Shown one piece after another: positions 25,601-40,600 of a stretch of 64,000 nt of DNA. Within the stretch, counting starts at the first letter, position 1; each line of letters starts with the position of its first letter. This stretch comes from Malacoraja senta (taxonomy: Eukaryota). The position numbers were made by a program, and so were the translations under genes. The notes under the pieces were generated by a model. That model searched no databases, was not told where the DNA came from, and saw only the letters and a list, made by a program, of their open reading frames with translations. The DNA is taken from the NCBI GenBank assembly GCA_038087875.1, contig CM075978.1, positions 37,386,001-37,450,000 on the forward strand. The letters run 5' to 3'.

Positions 25601-28600
25601 CTTCAGGACCTTCCACATCAACGGTACCAGCAAGGAATTCAACTTCGAACTTGCCTGGTTTTATTTCTCCTTCTGGTAACTTCACTTCTGCATCAGCTTT
25701 TGGAAGGGAAATATCAAGTTTGGGCAGGTTGACATCAATGCCCATTTTTGGAGCTTTTATATCAGGACCAGAAATTCCAAATTTTGGCACTTTAAATTTG
25801 GAATGTTTCATTTTCCCTCCCTTGCCTTCCATGTCAATGTCAACTTCAAACTCTGGAGCACCCGCATCAGGAATTTTGCCCTTTACTTCCACGTCAGGCA
25901 ATGTGAGTGAAATGTCCACATCTGTTTTATTCAGTCCTACATCAACATCTGGACCTTTGAATTTGGGAACAGAAACTCCAAATCTTGGCATTTTCAATGA
26001 TGGCATTTTGAACTTTCTGTCGTGGTCTTTCACCTTCAGGTCAGTTGAGTCTAAATCTACATCTATTGTTGGTGCATGGATGTCAATAGCTGGAGCATTG
26101 ACGTCCATTGAGAGATCGTGTGCTGCAACAGCAAGTTCAGAATTCAACACCCCTTTATCAGCATCAAATTTACCTTCCACTTTTGGCACTGTGCTATCCA
26201 TTGATGGCTTTGTAATCTCTGGTATTTTAATACTTGTTTCAGGACCTTCCACATCCACGGTACCAGCAAGTAATTCAACTTCGAACTTGCCTGGTTTTAT
26301 TTCTCCTTCTGGAAACTTCACTTCTGCATCAGCTTTTGGAAGAGAAATATCCAGTTTGGGCAGGTTGACATCAATCCTCATTTTTGGAGCTTTTATATCA
26401 GGACCAGAAATTCCAAATTTTGGCCCTTTAAATTTGGGAAGTTTAAATTTCCCTCCCTTGCCTTTGATGTCCACGTCCGATGTGTCATTGGCAACTTCAC
26501 ACTTGAGAGCACCTACATTAAGCATTTTGCCCTTTACTTCTACGTCAGGCTTGGTAAGTGAAATGTCCACGTCTGTTTTTTCTAGTCCAACATCCACATC
26601 TGGACCTTTGAATTTGGGAAGGGAAACTGCTAATGATGGCATTTTCATTGATGGTATTTTGAACATACTGTCCTGGCCTTTCATATTGAGGTCAGTTGAG
26701 TCCAGGACCACATCTATTGTTGGTGCACGGAAGCCAGTATCTGGAGCCTTGATGTCCATTGAGAAATCTGGTGCTGCAACATCAAATTCAGTTTTCGACA
26801 GACCTGCATCAATATCAAATTTTCCTTCTACGTTTGGCACTGCACGATCTATTGATGGCATTGTAATCTCTGGTATTTTAATACTTGCATCAGGACCTTC
26901 CACATCGAGGGTACCGGCAGAGCATTCAACTTCCAACTTGCCTGGTTTTATTTCTCCTTCTGGTAACTTCACTTCTGCATCAGCTTTTGGAAGAGAAATA
27001 TCAAGTTTGGGCAGGTTGACATCAATGCCCATTTTCGTAGCTTTTATATCAGGACCAGAAATTCCAAATTTTGGCACTTTAAATTTGGAATGTTTTATTT
27101 TCCCTCCCTTGCCTTCGATGTCAATGTCAACTTCACACTCTGGAGCACCTGCATCAGTAATTTTGCCCTTTACTTCCACGTCAGGCATTGTGAGCGAAAC
27201 GTCCACATCTGTTTTTTTCAGTCCTACAACAACATCTGGACCTTTGAATTTGGGAACAGAAACTCCAAATCTTGGCATTCTCATTGATGGCATTTTCATT
27301 GATGGCATTTTCAACTTTCTGTCGTGGTCTTTCACCTTCAGGTCAGTTGAGACTAAATCTACATCTATTGTTGGTGCATGGATGTCAATAGCTGGAGCAT
27401 TGATGTCCATTGAGAGATCGTGTGCTGCAACAGCAAGTTCAGAATTCAACACCCCTTTATCAGCATCAAATTTACCTTCCACCTTTGGCACTGTGCTAAC
27501 CATTGATGGCGTTGTAATCTCTGGTATTTTAATACTTGCTTCAGGACCTTCCACATCCACGGTACCAGCAAGGAATTCAACTTCGAACTTGCCTGGTTTT
27601 ATTTCTCCTTCTGGAAACTTCACTTCTGCATCAGCTTTTGGAAGAGAAATATCCAGTTTGGGCAGGTTGACATCAATGCTCATTTTTGAAGCTTTTATAT
27701 CAGGACCAGAAATTCCAAATTTTGGCCCTTTAAATTTAGGAAGTTTAATTTTCCCTCCCTTGCCTTTCATGTCCACGTCCAAGGTGTCAATGGCAATTTC
27801 ACACTCTGGAGCACCCACATCAGGCATTTTGGCCTTTATTACCATGTCAGGCTTTGTGAGTGAAATGTCCACATCTGTTTTTTTCAGTCCTACATCCACT
27901 TCGGGACCTTTGAATTTGGGAAGAGAAACTGCAAATTGTGGCATTTTCATTGATGGCATTTTGAACTTACTGTCCTGGCCTTTCAGGTTAACGTCAGCTG
28001 AGTCTAAAACTACATCTATTGTTGGTGCATGGAGGACAGTATCTGGAGTCTTGATGTCCATTGATAGATCTGGTGCTACAACATCAAATTCAGGCTTCGA
28101 CAGACCTGCATCAATATCAAATTTTCCTTCCACGTTTGCCAATGCACGATCAATTGATGGCATTGTAATCTCTGGTATTTTAATACTTGCTTCTGGACCC
28201 TCAACATCGATGGTACCCACTTGGATTTCAGCTTCTAACTCGCCAGGTTTTACATCTGATAATTTCACATTTGCATCAGTTTTTGGATAAGAAATATCAA
28301 GTTTGGGCACGTTGGCATCAATGCTCATTTTTGGAGCTTTTATATCAGGACCAGAAATACCAAATTTTGGCCCTTCAAATTGGGGAAGTTTAATTTTCCC
28401 TCCCTTGCCTTTGATGTCCACATCCGGTGTGTCAATGGCAACTTCACACTCGAGAGCACCCGCATCAGGCATTTTGCCCTTTACTTCCACGTCATAATTG
28501 GTGAGTGAAATGTCCACATATGGTTTTTTTTGTCCATCATCCACATCTGAACCTTTGAATTTGGGAAGAGAAATTCCAAATGATGGCATTTTCATTGATG

Positions 28601-31600
28601 GCATTTTCATTGATGGCATTTTGAACATACTGTCCTGGCCTTTCAGCTTGAGGTCAGTTGAGTCCACGACCACATCTATTGTTGGTGCACGGAAGCCAGT
28701 ATCTGGAGCCTTGATGTCCATTGAGAAATCTGGTGCTGCAACATCAAATTCAGTTTTCGACAGACCTGCATCAATATCAAATTTTCCTTCCACGTTTGGC
28801 ACTGCACGATCTATTGATGGCATTGTAATCTCTGGTATTTGAATACTTGCATCAGGACCTTCCACATCGAGGGTACCGGCAGAGCATTCAACTTCCAACT
28901 TGCCTGGTTTTATTTCTCCTTCTGGTAACTTCACTTCTGCATCAGCTTTTGGAAGAGAAATATCAAGTTTGGGCAGGTTGACATCAATGCCCATTTTCGG
29001 AGTTTTTATATCAGGACCAGAAATTCCAAATTTTGGCACTTTAAATTTGGAATGTTTTATTTTCCCTCCCTTGCCTTCGATGTCAATGTCAACTTCACAC
29101 TCTGGAGCACCTGCATCAGTAATTTTGCCCTTTACTTCCACGTCAGGCATTGTGAGCGAAACGTCCACATCTGTTTTTTTCAATCCTACAACAACATCTG
29201 GACCTTTGAATTTGGGAACAGAAACTCCAAATCTTGGGATTCTCATTGATGGCATTTTCATTGATGGCATTTTCAACTTTCTGTCGTGGTCTTTCACCTT
29301 CAGGTCAGTTGAGACTAAATCTACATCTATTGTTGGTGCATGGATGTCAATAGCTGGAGCATTGATGTCCATTGAGAGATTGTGTGCTGCAACAGCAAGT
29401 TCAGAATTCAACACCCCTTTATCAGCATCAAATTTACCTTCCACCTTTGGCACTGTGCTATCCATTGATGGCTTTGTAATCTCTGGTATTTTAATACTTG
29501 CTTCAGGACCTTCCACATCGAGGGTACCGGCAGAGCATTCAACTTCGAACTTGCCTGGTTTTATTTCTCCTTCTGGTAACTTCACTTCTGCATCAGCTTT
29601 TGGAAGAGAAATATCAAGTTTGGGCAGGTTGACATCAATGCCCATTTTTGGAGCTTTTATATCAGGACCAGAAATTCCAAATTTTGGCACTTTAAATTTG
29701 GAATGTTTCATTTTCCCTCCCTTGCCTTCCATGTCAATGTCAACTTCAAACTCTGGAGCACCCACATCAGGAATTTTGCCCTTTACTTCCACGTCAGGCA
29801 TTGTGAGTGAAATGTCCACATCTGTTTTTTTCAGTCCTACATCAACATCTGGACCTTTGAATTTGGGAACAGAAACTCCAAATCTTGGCATTTTCATTGA
29901 TGGCATTTTGAACTTTCTGTCGTGGTCTTTCACCTTCAGGTCAGTTGAGTCTAAATCTACATCTATTGTTGGTGCATGGATGTCAATAGCTGGAGCATTG
30001 ACGTCCATTGAGAGATCGTGTGCTGCAACTGCAAGTTCAGAATTCAACACCCCTTTATCAGCATAAAATTTACCTTCCACCTTTGGCACTGTGCTATACA
30101 TTGATGGCTTTGTAATCTCTGGTATTTTAATACTTGCTTCAGGACCTTCCACATCCACGGTACCAGCAAGGAATTCAACTTCGAACTTGCCTGGTTTTAT
30201 TTCTCCTTCTGGAAACTTCACTTCTGCATCAGCTTTTGGAAGAGAAATATCCAGTTTGGGCAGGTTGACATCAATGCTCATTTTTGAAGCTTTTATATCA
30301 GGACCAGAAATTCCAAATTTTGGCCCTTTAAATTTAGGAAGTTTAATTTTCCCTCCCTTGCCTTTCATGTCCACGTCCAAGGTGTCAATGGCAATTTCAC
30401 ACTCTGGAGCACCCACATCAGGCATTTTGGCCTTTATTACCATGTCAGGCTTTGTGAGTGAAATGTCCACATCTGGTTTTTTCAGTCCTACATCCACTTC
30501 GGGACCTTTGAATTTGGGAAGATAAACTGCAAATTGTGGCATTTTCATTGATGGCATTTTGAACTTACTGTCCTGGCCTTTCAGGTTAACGTCAGCTGAG
30601 TCTAAAACTACATCTATTGTTGGTGCATGGAGGACAGTATCTGGAGTCTTGATGTCCATTGATAGATCTGGTGCTACAACATCAAATTCAGGCTTCGACA
30701 GACCTGCATCAATATCAAATTTTCCTTCCACGTTTGGCAATGCACGATCAATTGATGGCATTGTAATCTCTGGTATTTTAATACTTGCTTCTGGACCCTC
30801 AACATCGATGGTACCCGCTTGGATTTCAGCTTCTAACTCGCCAGGTTTTACATCTGATAATTTCACATTTGCATCAGTTTTTGGATAAGAAATATCAAGT
30901 TTGGGCACGTTGGCATCAATGCTCATTTTTGGAGCTTTTATATCAGGACCAGAAATACCAAATTTTGGCCCTTCAAATTGGGGAAGTTTAATTTTCCCTC
31001 CCTTGCCTTTGATGTCCACATCCGGTGTGTCAATGGCAACTTCACACTCGAGAGCACCCGCATCAGGCATTTTGCCCTTTACTTCCACGTCATACTTGGT
31101 GAGTGAAATGTCCACATATGGTTTTTTTTGTCCATCATCCACATCTGAACCTTTGAATTTGGGAAGAGAAATTCCAAATGATGGCATTTTCATTGATGGC
31201 ATTTTCATTGATGGCATTTTGAACATACTGTCCTGGCCTTTCAGCTTGAGGTCAGTTGAGTCCACGACCACATCTATTGTTGGTGCACGGAAGCCAGTAT
31301 CTGGAGCCTTGATGTCCATTGAGAAATCTGGTGCTGCAACATCAAATTCAGTTTTCGACAGACCTGCATCAATATCAAATTTTCCTTCCACGTTTGGCAC
31401 TGCACGATCTATTGATGGCATTGTAATCTCTGGTATTTGAATACTTGCATCAGGACCTTCCACATCGAGGGTACCGGCAGAGCATTCAACTTCCAACTTG
31501 CCTGGTTTTATTTCTCCTTCTGGTAACTTCACTTCTGCATCAGCTTTTGGAAGAGAAATATCAAGTTTGGGCAGGTTGACATCAATGCCCATTTTCGGAG

Positions 31601-34600
31601 TTTTTATATCAGGACCAGAAATTCCAAATTTTGGCACTTTAAATTTGGAATGTTTTATTTTCCCTCCCTTGCCTTCGATGTCAATGTCAACTTCACACTC
31701 TGGAGCACCTGCATCAGTAATTTTGCCCTTTACTTCCACGTCAGGCATTGTGAGCGAAACGTCCACATCTGTTTTTTTCAATCCTACAACAACATCTGGA
31801 CCTTTGAATTTGGGAACAGAAACTCCAAATCTTGGGATTCTCATTGATGGCATTTTCATTGATGGCATTTTCAACTTTCTGTCGTGGTCTTTCACCTTCA
31901 GGTCAGTTGAGACTAAATCTACATCTATTGTTGGTGCATGGATGTCAATAGCTGGAGCATTGATGTCCATTGAGAGATTGTGTGCTGCAACAGCAAGTTC
32001 AGAATTCAACACCCCTTTATCAGCATCAAATTTACCTTCCACCTTTGGCACTGTGCTATCCATTGATGGCTTTGTAATCTCTGGTATTTTAATACTTGCT
32101 TCAGGACCTTCCACATCGAGGGTACCGGCAGAGCATTCAAATTCGAACTTGCCTGGTTTTATTTCTCCTTCTGGTAACTTCACTTCTGCATCAGCTTTTG
32201 GAAGAGAAATATCAAGTTTGGGCAGGTTGACATCAATGCCCATTTTTGGAGCTTTTATATCAGGACCAGAAATTCCAAATTTTGGCACTTTAAATTTGGA
32301 ATGTTTAATTTTCCCTCCCTTGCCTTCGATGTCAATGTCAACTTCAAACTCTGGAGCACCTGCATCAGTAATTTTGCCCTTTACTTCCACGTCAGGCATT
32401 GTGAGCGAAACGTCCACATCTGTTTTTTTCAGTCCTACATCAACATCTGGACCTTTGAATTTGGGAACAGAAACTCCAAATCTTGGCATTTTCATTGATG
32501 GCATTTTGAACTTTCTGTCGTGGTCTTTCACCTTCAGGTCAGTTGAGTCTAAATCTACATCTATTGTTGGTGCATGGATGTCAATAGCTGGAGCATTGAC
32601 GTCCATTGAGAGATCGTGTGCTGCAACAGCAAGTTCAGAATTCAACACCCCTTTATCAGCATCAAATTTACCTTCCACCTTTGGCACTGTGCTATCCATT
32701 GATGGCTTTTTAATCTCTGGTATTTTAATACTTGCTTCAGGACCTTCCACATCCACGGTACCAGCAAGTAATTCAACTTCAAACTTGCCTGGTTTTATTT
32801 CTCCTTCTGGAAACTTCACTTCTGCATCAGCTTTTGGAAGAGAAATATCCAGTTTGGGCAGGTTGACATCAATGCTCATTTTTGGAGCTTTTATATCAGG
32901 ACCAGAAATTCCAAATTTTGGCCCTTTAAATTTGGGAAGTTTAAATTTCCCTCCCTTGCCTTTGATGTCCACGTCCGATGTGTCATTGGCAACTTCACAC
33001 TTGAGAGCACCTACATTAAGCATTTTGCCCTTTACTTCTACGTCAGGCTTGGTAAGTGAAATGTCCACGTCTGTTTTTTCTAGTCCAACATCCACATCTG
33101 GACCTTTGAATTTGGGAAGGGAAACTGCTAATGATGGCATTTTCATTGATGGTATTTTGAACATGCTGTCCTGGCCTTTCATATTGAGGTCAGTTGAGTC
33201 CAGGACCACATCTATTGTTGGTGCACGGAAGCCAGTATCTGGAGTCTTGATGTCCATTGAGAAATCTGGTGCTGCAACATCAAATTCAGTTTTCGACAGA
33301 CCTGCATCAATATCAAATTTTCCTTCTACGTTTGGTACTGCACGATCTATTGATGGCATTGTAATCTCTGGTATTTTAATACTTGCATCAGGACCTTCCA
33401 CATCGAGGGTACCGGCAGAGCATTCAACTTCCAACTTGCCTGGTTTTATTTCTCCTTCTGGTAACTTCACTTCTGCATCAGCTTTTGGAAGAGAAATATC
33501 AAGTTTGGGCAGGTTGACATCAATGCCCATTTTCGGAGCTTTTATATCAGTACCAGAAATTCCAAATTTTGGCACTTTAAATTTGGAATGTTTTATTTTC
33601 CCTCCCTTGCCTTCGATGTCAATGTCAACTTCACACTCTGGAGCACCTGCATCAGTAATTTTGCCCTTTACTTCCACGTCAGGCATTGTGAGCGAAACGT
33701 CCACATCTGTTTTTTTCAGTCCTACAACAACATCTGGACCATTGAATTTGGGAACAGAAACTCCAAATCTTGGCATTCTCATTGATGGCATTTTCATTGA
33801 TGGCATTTTCAACTTTCTGTCGTGGTCTTTCACCTTCAGGTCAGTTGAGACTAAATCTACATCTATTGTTGGTGCATGGATGTCAATAGCTGGAGCATTG
33901 ATGTCCATTGAGAGATCGTGTGCTGCAACAGCAAGTTCAGAATTCAACACCCCTTTATCAGCATAAAATTTACCTTCCACCTTTGGCACTGTGCTATACA
34001 TTGATGGCTTTGTAATCTCTGGTATTTTAATACTTGCTTCAGGACCTTCCACATCCACGGTACCAGCAAGGAATTCAACTTCGAACTTGCCTGGTTTTAT
34101 TTCTCCTTCTGGAAACTTCACTTCTGCATCAGCTTTTGGAAGAGAAATATCCAGTTTGGGCAGGTTGACATCAATGCTCATTTTTGAAGCTTTTATATCA
34201 GGACCAGAAATTCCAAATTTTGGCCCTTTAAATTTAGGAAGTTTAATTTTCCCTCCCTTGCCTTTCATGTCCACGTCCAAGGTGTCAATGGCAATTTCAC
34301 ACTCTGGAGCACCCACATCAGGCATTTTGGCCTTTATTACCATGTCAGGCTTTGTGAGTGAAATGTCCACATCTGGTTTTTTCAGTCCTACATCCACTTC
34401 GGGACCTTTGAATTTGGGAAGATAAACTGCAAATTGTGGCATTTTCATTGATGGCATTTTGAACTTACTGTCCTGGCCTTTCAGGTTAACGTCAGCTGAG
34501 TCTAAAACTACATCTATTGTTGGTGCATGGAGGACAGTATCTGGAGTCTTGATGTCCATTGATAGATCTGGTGCTACAACATCAAATTCAGGCTTCGACA

Positions 34601-37600
34601 GACCTGCATCAATATCAAATTTTCCTTCCACGTTTGGCAATGCACGATCAATTGATGGCATTGTAATCTCTGGTATTTTAATACTTGCTTCTGGACCCTC
34701 AACATCGATGGTACCCGCTTGGATTTCAGCTTCTAACTCGCCAGGTTTTACATCTGATAATTTCACATTTGCATCAGTTTTTGGATAAGAAATATCAAGT
34801 TTGGGCACGTTGGCATCAATGCTCATTTTTGGAGCTTTTATATCAGGACCAGAAATACCAAATTTTGGCCCTTCAAATTGGGGAAGTTTAATTTTCCCTC
34901 CCTTGCCTTTGATGTCCACATCCGGTGTGTCAATGGCAACTTCACACTCGAGAGCACCCGCATCAGGCATTTTGCCCTTTACTTCCACGTCATACTTGGT
35001 GAGTGAAATGTCCACATATGGTTTTTTTTGTCCATCATCCACATCTGAACCTTTGAATTTGGGAAGAGAAATTCCAAATGATGGCATTTTCATTGATGGC
35101 ATTTTCATTGATGGCATTTTGAACATACTGTCCTGGCCTTTCAGCTTGAGGTCAGTTGAGTCCACGACCACATCTATTGTTGGTGCACGGAAGCCAGTAT
35201 CTGGAGCCTTGATGTCCATTGAGAAATCTGGTGCTGCAACATCAAATTCAGTTTTCGACAGACCTGCATCAATATCAAATTTTCCTTCCACGTTTGGCAC
35301 TGCACAATCTATTGATGGCATTGTAATCTCTGGTATTTTAATACTTGCATCAGGACCTTCCACATCGAGGGTACCGGCAGAGCATTCAACTTCCAACTTG
35401 CCTGGTTTTATTTCTCCTTCTGGTAACTTCACTTCTGCATCAGCTTTTGGAAGAGAAATATCAAGTTTGGGCAGGTTGACATCAATGCCCATTTTCGGAG
35501 CTTTTATATCAGGACCAGAAATTCCAAATTTTGGCACTTTAAATTTGGAATGTTTTATTTTCCCTCCCTTGCCTTCGATGTCAATGTCAACTTCACACTC
35601 TGGAGCACCTGCATCAGTAATTTTGCCCTTTACTTCCACGTCAGGCATTGTGAGCGAAACGTCCACATCTGTTTTTTTCAGTCCTACAACAACATCTGGA
35701 CCTTTGAATTTGGGAACAGAAACTCCAAATCTTGGCATTCTCATTGATGGCATTTTGAACTTTCTGTCGTGGTCTTTCACCTTCAGGTCAGTTGAGTCAA
35801 AATCTACATCTATTGTTGGTGCATGGATGTTAATAGCTGGAGCATTGACGTCCATTGAGAGATCGTGTGCTGCAACAGCAAGTTCAGAATTCAACACCCC
35901 TTTATCAGCATCAAATTTACCTTCCACCTTTGGCACTGTGCTATCCATTGATGGCTTTGTAATCTCTGATATTTTAATACTTGCTTCAGGACCTTCCACA
36001 TCCACGGTACCAGCAAGTAATTCAACTTCGAACTTGCCTGGTTTTATTTCTCCTTCTGGAAACTTCACTTCTGCATCAGCTTTTGGAAGAGAAATATCCA
36101 GTTTGGGCAGGTTGACATCAATGCTCATTTTTGGAGCTTTTATATCAGGACCAGAAATTCCAAATTTTGGCCCTTTAAATTTAGGAAGTTTAATTTTCCC
36201 TCCCTTGCCTTTCATGTCCACGTCCAAGGTGTCAATGGCAATTTCACACTCTGGCGCACCCACATCAGGCATTTTGGCCTTTACTACCATGTCAGGCTTT
36301 GTGAGTGAAATGTCCACATCTGTTTTTTTCAGTCCTACATCCACATCGGGACCTTTGAATTTGGGAAGAGAAACTGCAAATTGTGGCATTTTCATGGATG
36401 GCATTTTGAACTTACTGTCCTGGCCTTTCAACTTAACGTCAGCTGGGTCTAAAACTACATCTATTCTTTGTGCATGGAGGACAGTAACTGGAGTCTTGAT
36501 GTCCATTGAGAGATCTGGTGCTACAACATCAAATTCAGGCTGCGACAGACCTGCATCAATATCAAATGTTCCTTCCACGTTTGGCAATGCACGATCAATT
36601 GATGGCATTGTAATCTTTGGTATTTTAATACTTGCTTCTGGACCCTCAACATCAATGATAACCGCTTGGATTTCAGCTTCTAACTCGCCAGGTTTTACAT
36701 CTGATAATTTCACATTTGCATCAGTTTTTGGATAAGAAATATCAAGTTTGGGCACGTTGGCATCAATGCTCATTTTTGGAGCCTTTATATCAGGACCAGA
36801 AATTCCAAATTTTGTCCCTTTAAATTTGGGAAGTTTAATTTTCCCTCCCTTGCCTTTGATGTCCACGTCCGATGTGTCATTGGCAACTTCACACTTGAGA
36901 ACACCCACATTAGGCATTTTGCCCTTTACTTCTGCGTCAGGCTTGGTAAGTGAAATGTCCACGTCTGGTTTTTTTAGTCCTACTTCCACATCTGGACCTT
37001 TGAATTTGGCAATAGAAACTGCCAATGATGGCATTTTCATTGATGGCCTTTTGAACATACTGTCCTGGCCTTTCATCTTGAGGTCAGTTGAGTCCAGCAC
37101 CACATCTATTGTTGGTGCACGGAAGCCAGTATCTGGAGCCTTGATGTCCATTGAGAAATCTGGTGCGGCAACATCAAATTCAGGTTTCGACAGACCTGCA
37201 TCAATATCAAATTTTCCTTCCACGTTTGCCGCTGCACGATCTATTGATGGCATTGTAATCTCTGGTATTTTAATACTTGCATCAGGACCTTCCACATCGA
37301 GGGTACCAGCAGTGCATTCAACTTCCAACTTGCCTGGTTTTATTTCTCCTTCTGGTAACTTCACTTCTGCATCAGCTTTTGGAAGAGAAATATCAAGTTT
37401 GGGCAGGTTGACATCAATGCCCATTTTGGGAGCTATTATATCAGGCCCAGAAATCCCAAATTTTGGCCCTTTAAGTTTGGAAAGTTTCATTTTCCCTCCC
37501 TTGCCTTTGATGTCAATATCAACTTCACACTCTGGAGCACCCGCATCAGGGATTTTGCCCTTTACTTCCACGTCAGGCATTGTGAGTGAAACTTCCACAT

Positions 37601-40600
37601 CTGTTTTTTTCTGTCCTACATCAACATCTGTACCTTTGAATTTGGGAACAGAAACTCCAAATCCTGGCATTTTCATTGATGGCATTTTCATTGATGGCAT
37701 TTTGAACTTTCTGTCGTGGTCTTTCACCTTCAGGTCAGTTGAGTCTAAATCTACATCTATTGTTGGTGCATGGATGTCAATAGCTGGAGCATTGACGTCC
37801 ATTGAGAGATCGTGTGCTGCAACTGCAAGTTCAGAATTCAACACCCCTTTATCAGCATCAAATTTACCTTCCACCTTTGGCACTGTGCTATCCATTGATG
37901 GCTTTGTAATCTCTGGTATTTTAATACTTGCTTCAGGAACTTCCACATCCACGGTACCAGCAAGGAATTCAACTTCGAACTTGCCTGGTTTTATTTCTCC
38001 TTCTGGAAACTTCACTTCTGCATCAGCTTTTGGAAGAGAAATATCCAGTTTGGGCATGTTGACATCAATGCTCATTTTTGGAGCTTTTATATCAGGACCA
38101 GAAATTCCAAATTTTGGCCCTTTAAATTTAGGAAGTTTAATTTTCCCTCCCTTGCCTTTCATGTCCACGTCCAAGGTGTCAATGGCAATTTCACACTCTG
38201 GAGCACCCACATCAGGCATTTTGGCCTTTATTACCATGTCAGGCTTTGTGAGTGAAATGTCCACATCTGTTTTTTTCAGTCCTACATTCACTTCGGGACC
38301 TTTGAATTTGGGAAGAGAAACTGCAAATTGTGGCATTTTCATTGATGGCATTTTGAACTTACTGTCCTGGCCTTTCAGGTTAACGTCAGCTGAGTCTAAA
38401 ACTACATCTATTGTTGGTGCATGGAGGACAGTATCTGGAGTCTTGATGTCCATTGATAGATCTGGTGCTACAACATCAAATTCAGGCTTCGACAGACCTG
38501 CATCAATATCAAATTTTCCTTCCACGTTTGGCAATGCACGATCAATTGATGGCATTGTAATCTCTGGTATTTTAATACTTGCTTCTGGACCCTCAACATT
38601 GATGGTACCCGCTTGGATTTCAGCTTCTAACTCGCCAGGTTTTACATCTGATAATTTCACATTTGCATCAGTTTTTGGATAAGAAATATCAAGTTTGGGC
38701 AGGTTGGCATCAATGCTCATTTTTTGAGCCTTTATATCAGGACGAGAAATTCCAAATTTTGGCTCTTTAAATATGGGAAGTTTAATTTTCCCTCCCTTGC
38801 CTTTGATGTCCATGTCCGGTGTGTCAATGGCAACTTCACACTCGAGAGCACCCGCATCAGGCATTTTGCCCTTTACTTCTACGTCAGCCTTGGTGAGTGA
38901 AATGTCCACATATGTTTTTTTTTGTCCTACATCCACATCTGAACCTTTGAATTTGGGAAGCGTAACTCCAAATCTTGGCATTTTCTTTGATGGCATTTTG
39001 AACTTACTCTCATGGCCTTTCATTTTGTGGTCAGCTGAGTCTAAATCTACATCTATTGTTGGTGGATGGAACCCAACAGCTGGAGCATTGACATCCATTG
39101 AGAGATCTGGTGCTGCAACATCAAGTTCAGGCTTCGACAGTCCTGTATCAAAATCATATTTTCCTTCCACGTTTGGCACTGCAATATCTAGAGATGGTTT
39201 TTCAAACTCAGTCATTTTCAGACTTGTTTCAGGACCCTCAACATCTATGGTACCCGCTCGGATTTCAGCTTCTAACTCGCCAGGTCTCACATCTGATAAT
39301 TTCACATGTGCATCAGCTTTTGGAAGTGAAACATCAAGTTTGGGCAGGTTGACTTCAATGTTCATTTTTGGAGCTTTTATATCAGGACCAGAAATACCAA
39401 ATTTTCGCCCTTCAAATTTAGGAAGTTTCATTTTCCCTCCCTTGCCTTTGATGTCCACATCCGGTGTGTCAATGGCAACTTCACACTCTGGAGCACCCAC
39501 ATCCGCCATTTTGCCCTTTACTTCCACGTCATAATTGGTGAGTGAAATGTCCCCATCTGGCATTTTCAGTTCTCCATCCACATGTGAAGCTTTGAATTGG
39601 GGAAGGGAAATTCCAAATGATGGCATTTTCATTGATGGCATTTTCATTGATGGCATTTTGAACATACTGTCCTGACCTTTCATCTTGAGGTCAGTTGAGT
39701 CCAGCACCACATCTATTGTTGGTGCACGGAAGCCAGTATCTGGAGCCTTGATGTCCATTGAGAAATCTGGTGCTGCAACATCAAATTCAGGTTTCGACAG
39801 ACCTGCATCAATATCAAATTTTCCTTCCACGTTTGCCGCTGCACGATCTATTGATGGCATTGTAATCTCTGGTATTTTAATACTTGCATCAGGACCTTCC
39901 ACATCGAGGGTACCGGCAGTGCATTCAACTTCCAACTTGCCTGGTTTTATTTCTCCTTCTGGTAACTTCACTTCTGCATCAGCTTTTGGAAGAGAAATAT
40001 CAAGTTTGGGCAGGTTGACATCAATGCCCATTTTGGGAGCTATTATATCAGGACCAGAAATTCCAAATTTTGGCCCTTTAAGTTTGGAACGTTTCTTTTT
40101 CCCTCCCTTGCCTTTGATGTCAATGTCAACTTCACACTCTGGAGCACCCGCATCAGGAATTTTGCCCTTTACTTCCACGTCAGGCATTGTGAGTGAAACT
40201 TCCACATCTGTTTTTTTCTGTCCTACATCAACATCTGTACCTTTGAATTTGGGAACTGAAACTCCAAATCTTGGCATTTTCATTGATGGCATTTTGAACT
40301 TTCTGTCGTGGTCTTTCACCTTCAGGTCAGTTGAGACTAAATCTACATCTATTGTTGGTGCATGGATGTCAATAGCTGGAGCATTGACATCCATTGAGAG
40401 ATCGTGTGCTGCAACAGCAAGTTCAGAATTCAACACCCCTTTATCAGCATCAAATTTACCTTCCACCTTTGGCACTGTGCTATCCATTGATGGCTTTGTA
40501 ATCTCTGGTATTTTAATACTTGCTTCAGGACCTTCCACATCCACGGTACCAGCAAGTAATTCAACTTCGAACTTGCCTGGTTTTATTTCTCCTTCTGGAA

